Shown piece by piece: positions 62,538 through 64,000 of a DNA stretch of 64,000 bases. Under the pieces are notes generated by a model. The model saw only the letters and a program-made list of their open reading frames with translations. It did not search any database and was not told the origin of the DNA. The position numbers and the translations under genes are program-made. Position 1 is the stretch's first letter. Every line of letters starts with the position of its first letter. Source of the DNA: Psammoneis japonica (taxonomy: Eukaryota); assembly GCA_008632985.1 (NCBI GenBank), contig QPGO01000067.1, positions 320,142 to 384,141 of the forward strand. The letters are read 5' to 3'.

Positions 62538-64000
62538 CTCCCCAGTTTGCTTGAGGGGTCAACAGCGACAGATTCGAAGTCGGATTGGTTGAAAGCCTCG
62601 GGATCGAAGTTCCAAAACATTAGAGGACGAAGGAGGTTCCAGATTTGGGAGCAACCCCAGTGCTTGCTGAGGATGTCAGCCGGGTTGCGGGAGCCTTGGA
62701 CAAAATGAAACTCGAGGAAACCGGAGGCAATCGCCTCACGCACACGATGGAATGAGAGGGCGGTGTGTCGCGTGTGCAACTTGGAGTGCGGGATGGCAGC
62801 ACTGTCCACAACCGACTTGTTGTCCCCAAACATGCAGCATGTTTCACGAATGGGAACGCCAAGGCAATGCAAAGTGATGCGCAGATCAATGATCTGCTCG
62901 ACACACGTCCTTGCGGCAACAAACTCGGATCCATGCGTGGCAGTCTCGACTGTTGCTTGTTTCTTAGAGAACCAATCAGCCGGAAACTTGTTGAGAAAAT
63001 GGAGGATGCCGGTGACAGAGCGGCCAGTGAGCATGCAATGGAACAAGTTCGCATCGATGCAGTGCGTGGTGGTGACGAACTTGCCAAGCGGCTCGGGCGC
63101 ATCTTGTGGGAGCAGCTCTTCTACCTCCCCATGCACGGATTGAGCCCAATCGCACACGGGCTCAGGGAGGTCCGAACAGTCGGGCTCCTCGGTGTGCACT
63201 CGGAGGGTGCCATGACGCATCTTGGAGAGGAATCCGCAGATGCATTTGGCACGGTCTAGGTGGCCTTGACGGGGCACTGCACGGAAGCCAGACAGGGACA
63301 TGACAGCTGCAGCAATGTCAATGCGACCCAGAGATGTGGCCCATTGCAGGGATCCAATCAAGGATTGGAGTTGGTGGATGCCATCCGGTTTGAGTGATTC
63401 AGAGGTGTCGAGCTCAGGGTGGTCACCCTTGTCAAGGGGTGAAAGCACATCAGTGCAGGGCTTCTCCCCAAAGAGGCATGTGCAGTTGTCAACCATGTGC
63501 TCAATGCACTTGCGGGGAGCAAGGCACAGGGTGCCGTCTGGGTCACAGGTGAAGTCGCAGCCAAGATGGAACTCCAATGGTCCAGCGCCCTTGAGCTTGA
63601 ACTTGCACTTCTCCATGAGGGTGTCTGCAAAAGCCTGGGGGTCCTTCATGGTGAAGGCCAGGTCGTCCACATGCACTGCCACGTGTTCGCAGTGGTCACC
63701 ATTCCTGCGCAGCCAGATGTCGGGTTCAGCTTTGCATGGAAAGAAGCCTTTGGCACGCAAGCAATCGGCAAAGCGTTCATGCCATCTGAGGCCGGAGCTG
63801 CGGAGTCCGTACAAGGCCTTGTGGATGACAAGGATGTGTCCTTCCAGGTCGCCGAACTCGGGGCCTGCCACGATGCACAGTTTCTCCTTGGTCGCAGCTT
63901 CAAGGCAGGCATTCCCAATGTCAGTGGCCCAGGTCTCTAGTTTGTTGAGTTCGGCCAGGAAGATCATCATTGCAGGCCATGGAGAGACACCACTCCGGAA
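62525..64000 (-). mobile_element. Ty1/Copia (diatom CoDi-type) retrotransposon RT-RNaseH, truncated by window end
   Basis: DIGNA(C)L, KALYGLRSSG, AV(H)VDD, DANL, RSVTG, SKKQATVETAT(H)GSEF, GDNKSV, FHRVRE, NPADILSK. 481 aa open, with only one Tyr. Confidence 0.95.

Noticed and set aside
62525..63970. Alternative genetic code, DGR-type adenine mutagenesis, or ADAR/APOBEC editing as the cause of Tyr loss
   Set aside because: Host genes use TAY normally. Changes are transitions confined to TA context on both strands and extend over non-retroelement DNA. No template/variable repeat pair is present. APOBEC gives C->T.

Overview
Eukaryotic nuclear DNA, most likely from a diatom. The evidence is short GT-AG introns, ASAFAP-type plastid presequences, diatom-type Copia/Gypsy relics and class C GPCR paralogues. 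A gene-dense core (~4.2-51.2 kb) holds about 20 host genes and one intact DDE-type transposase ORF. It is flanked by two transposon-relic domains (1-~4.1 kb and ~51.3-64 kb). The strongest signal is in these flanks: TpA is almost absent, and conserved Tyr codons of the retrotransposon proteins read as Cys or His. The codon contexts fit a strand-symmetric, sharply bounded A:T->G:C hypermutation at 5'-TAY-3' (equivalently RTA->RCA on the other strand), the reverse direction of fungal RIP. It is superimposed on ordinary CpG decay and appears faster than it. I know of no description of such a genome-defence process, but I cannot search the literature. Several host genes carry single-base frameshifts that look like long-read assembly errors. 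All counts are by eye.
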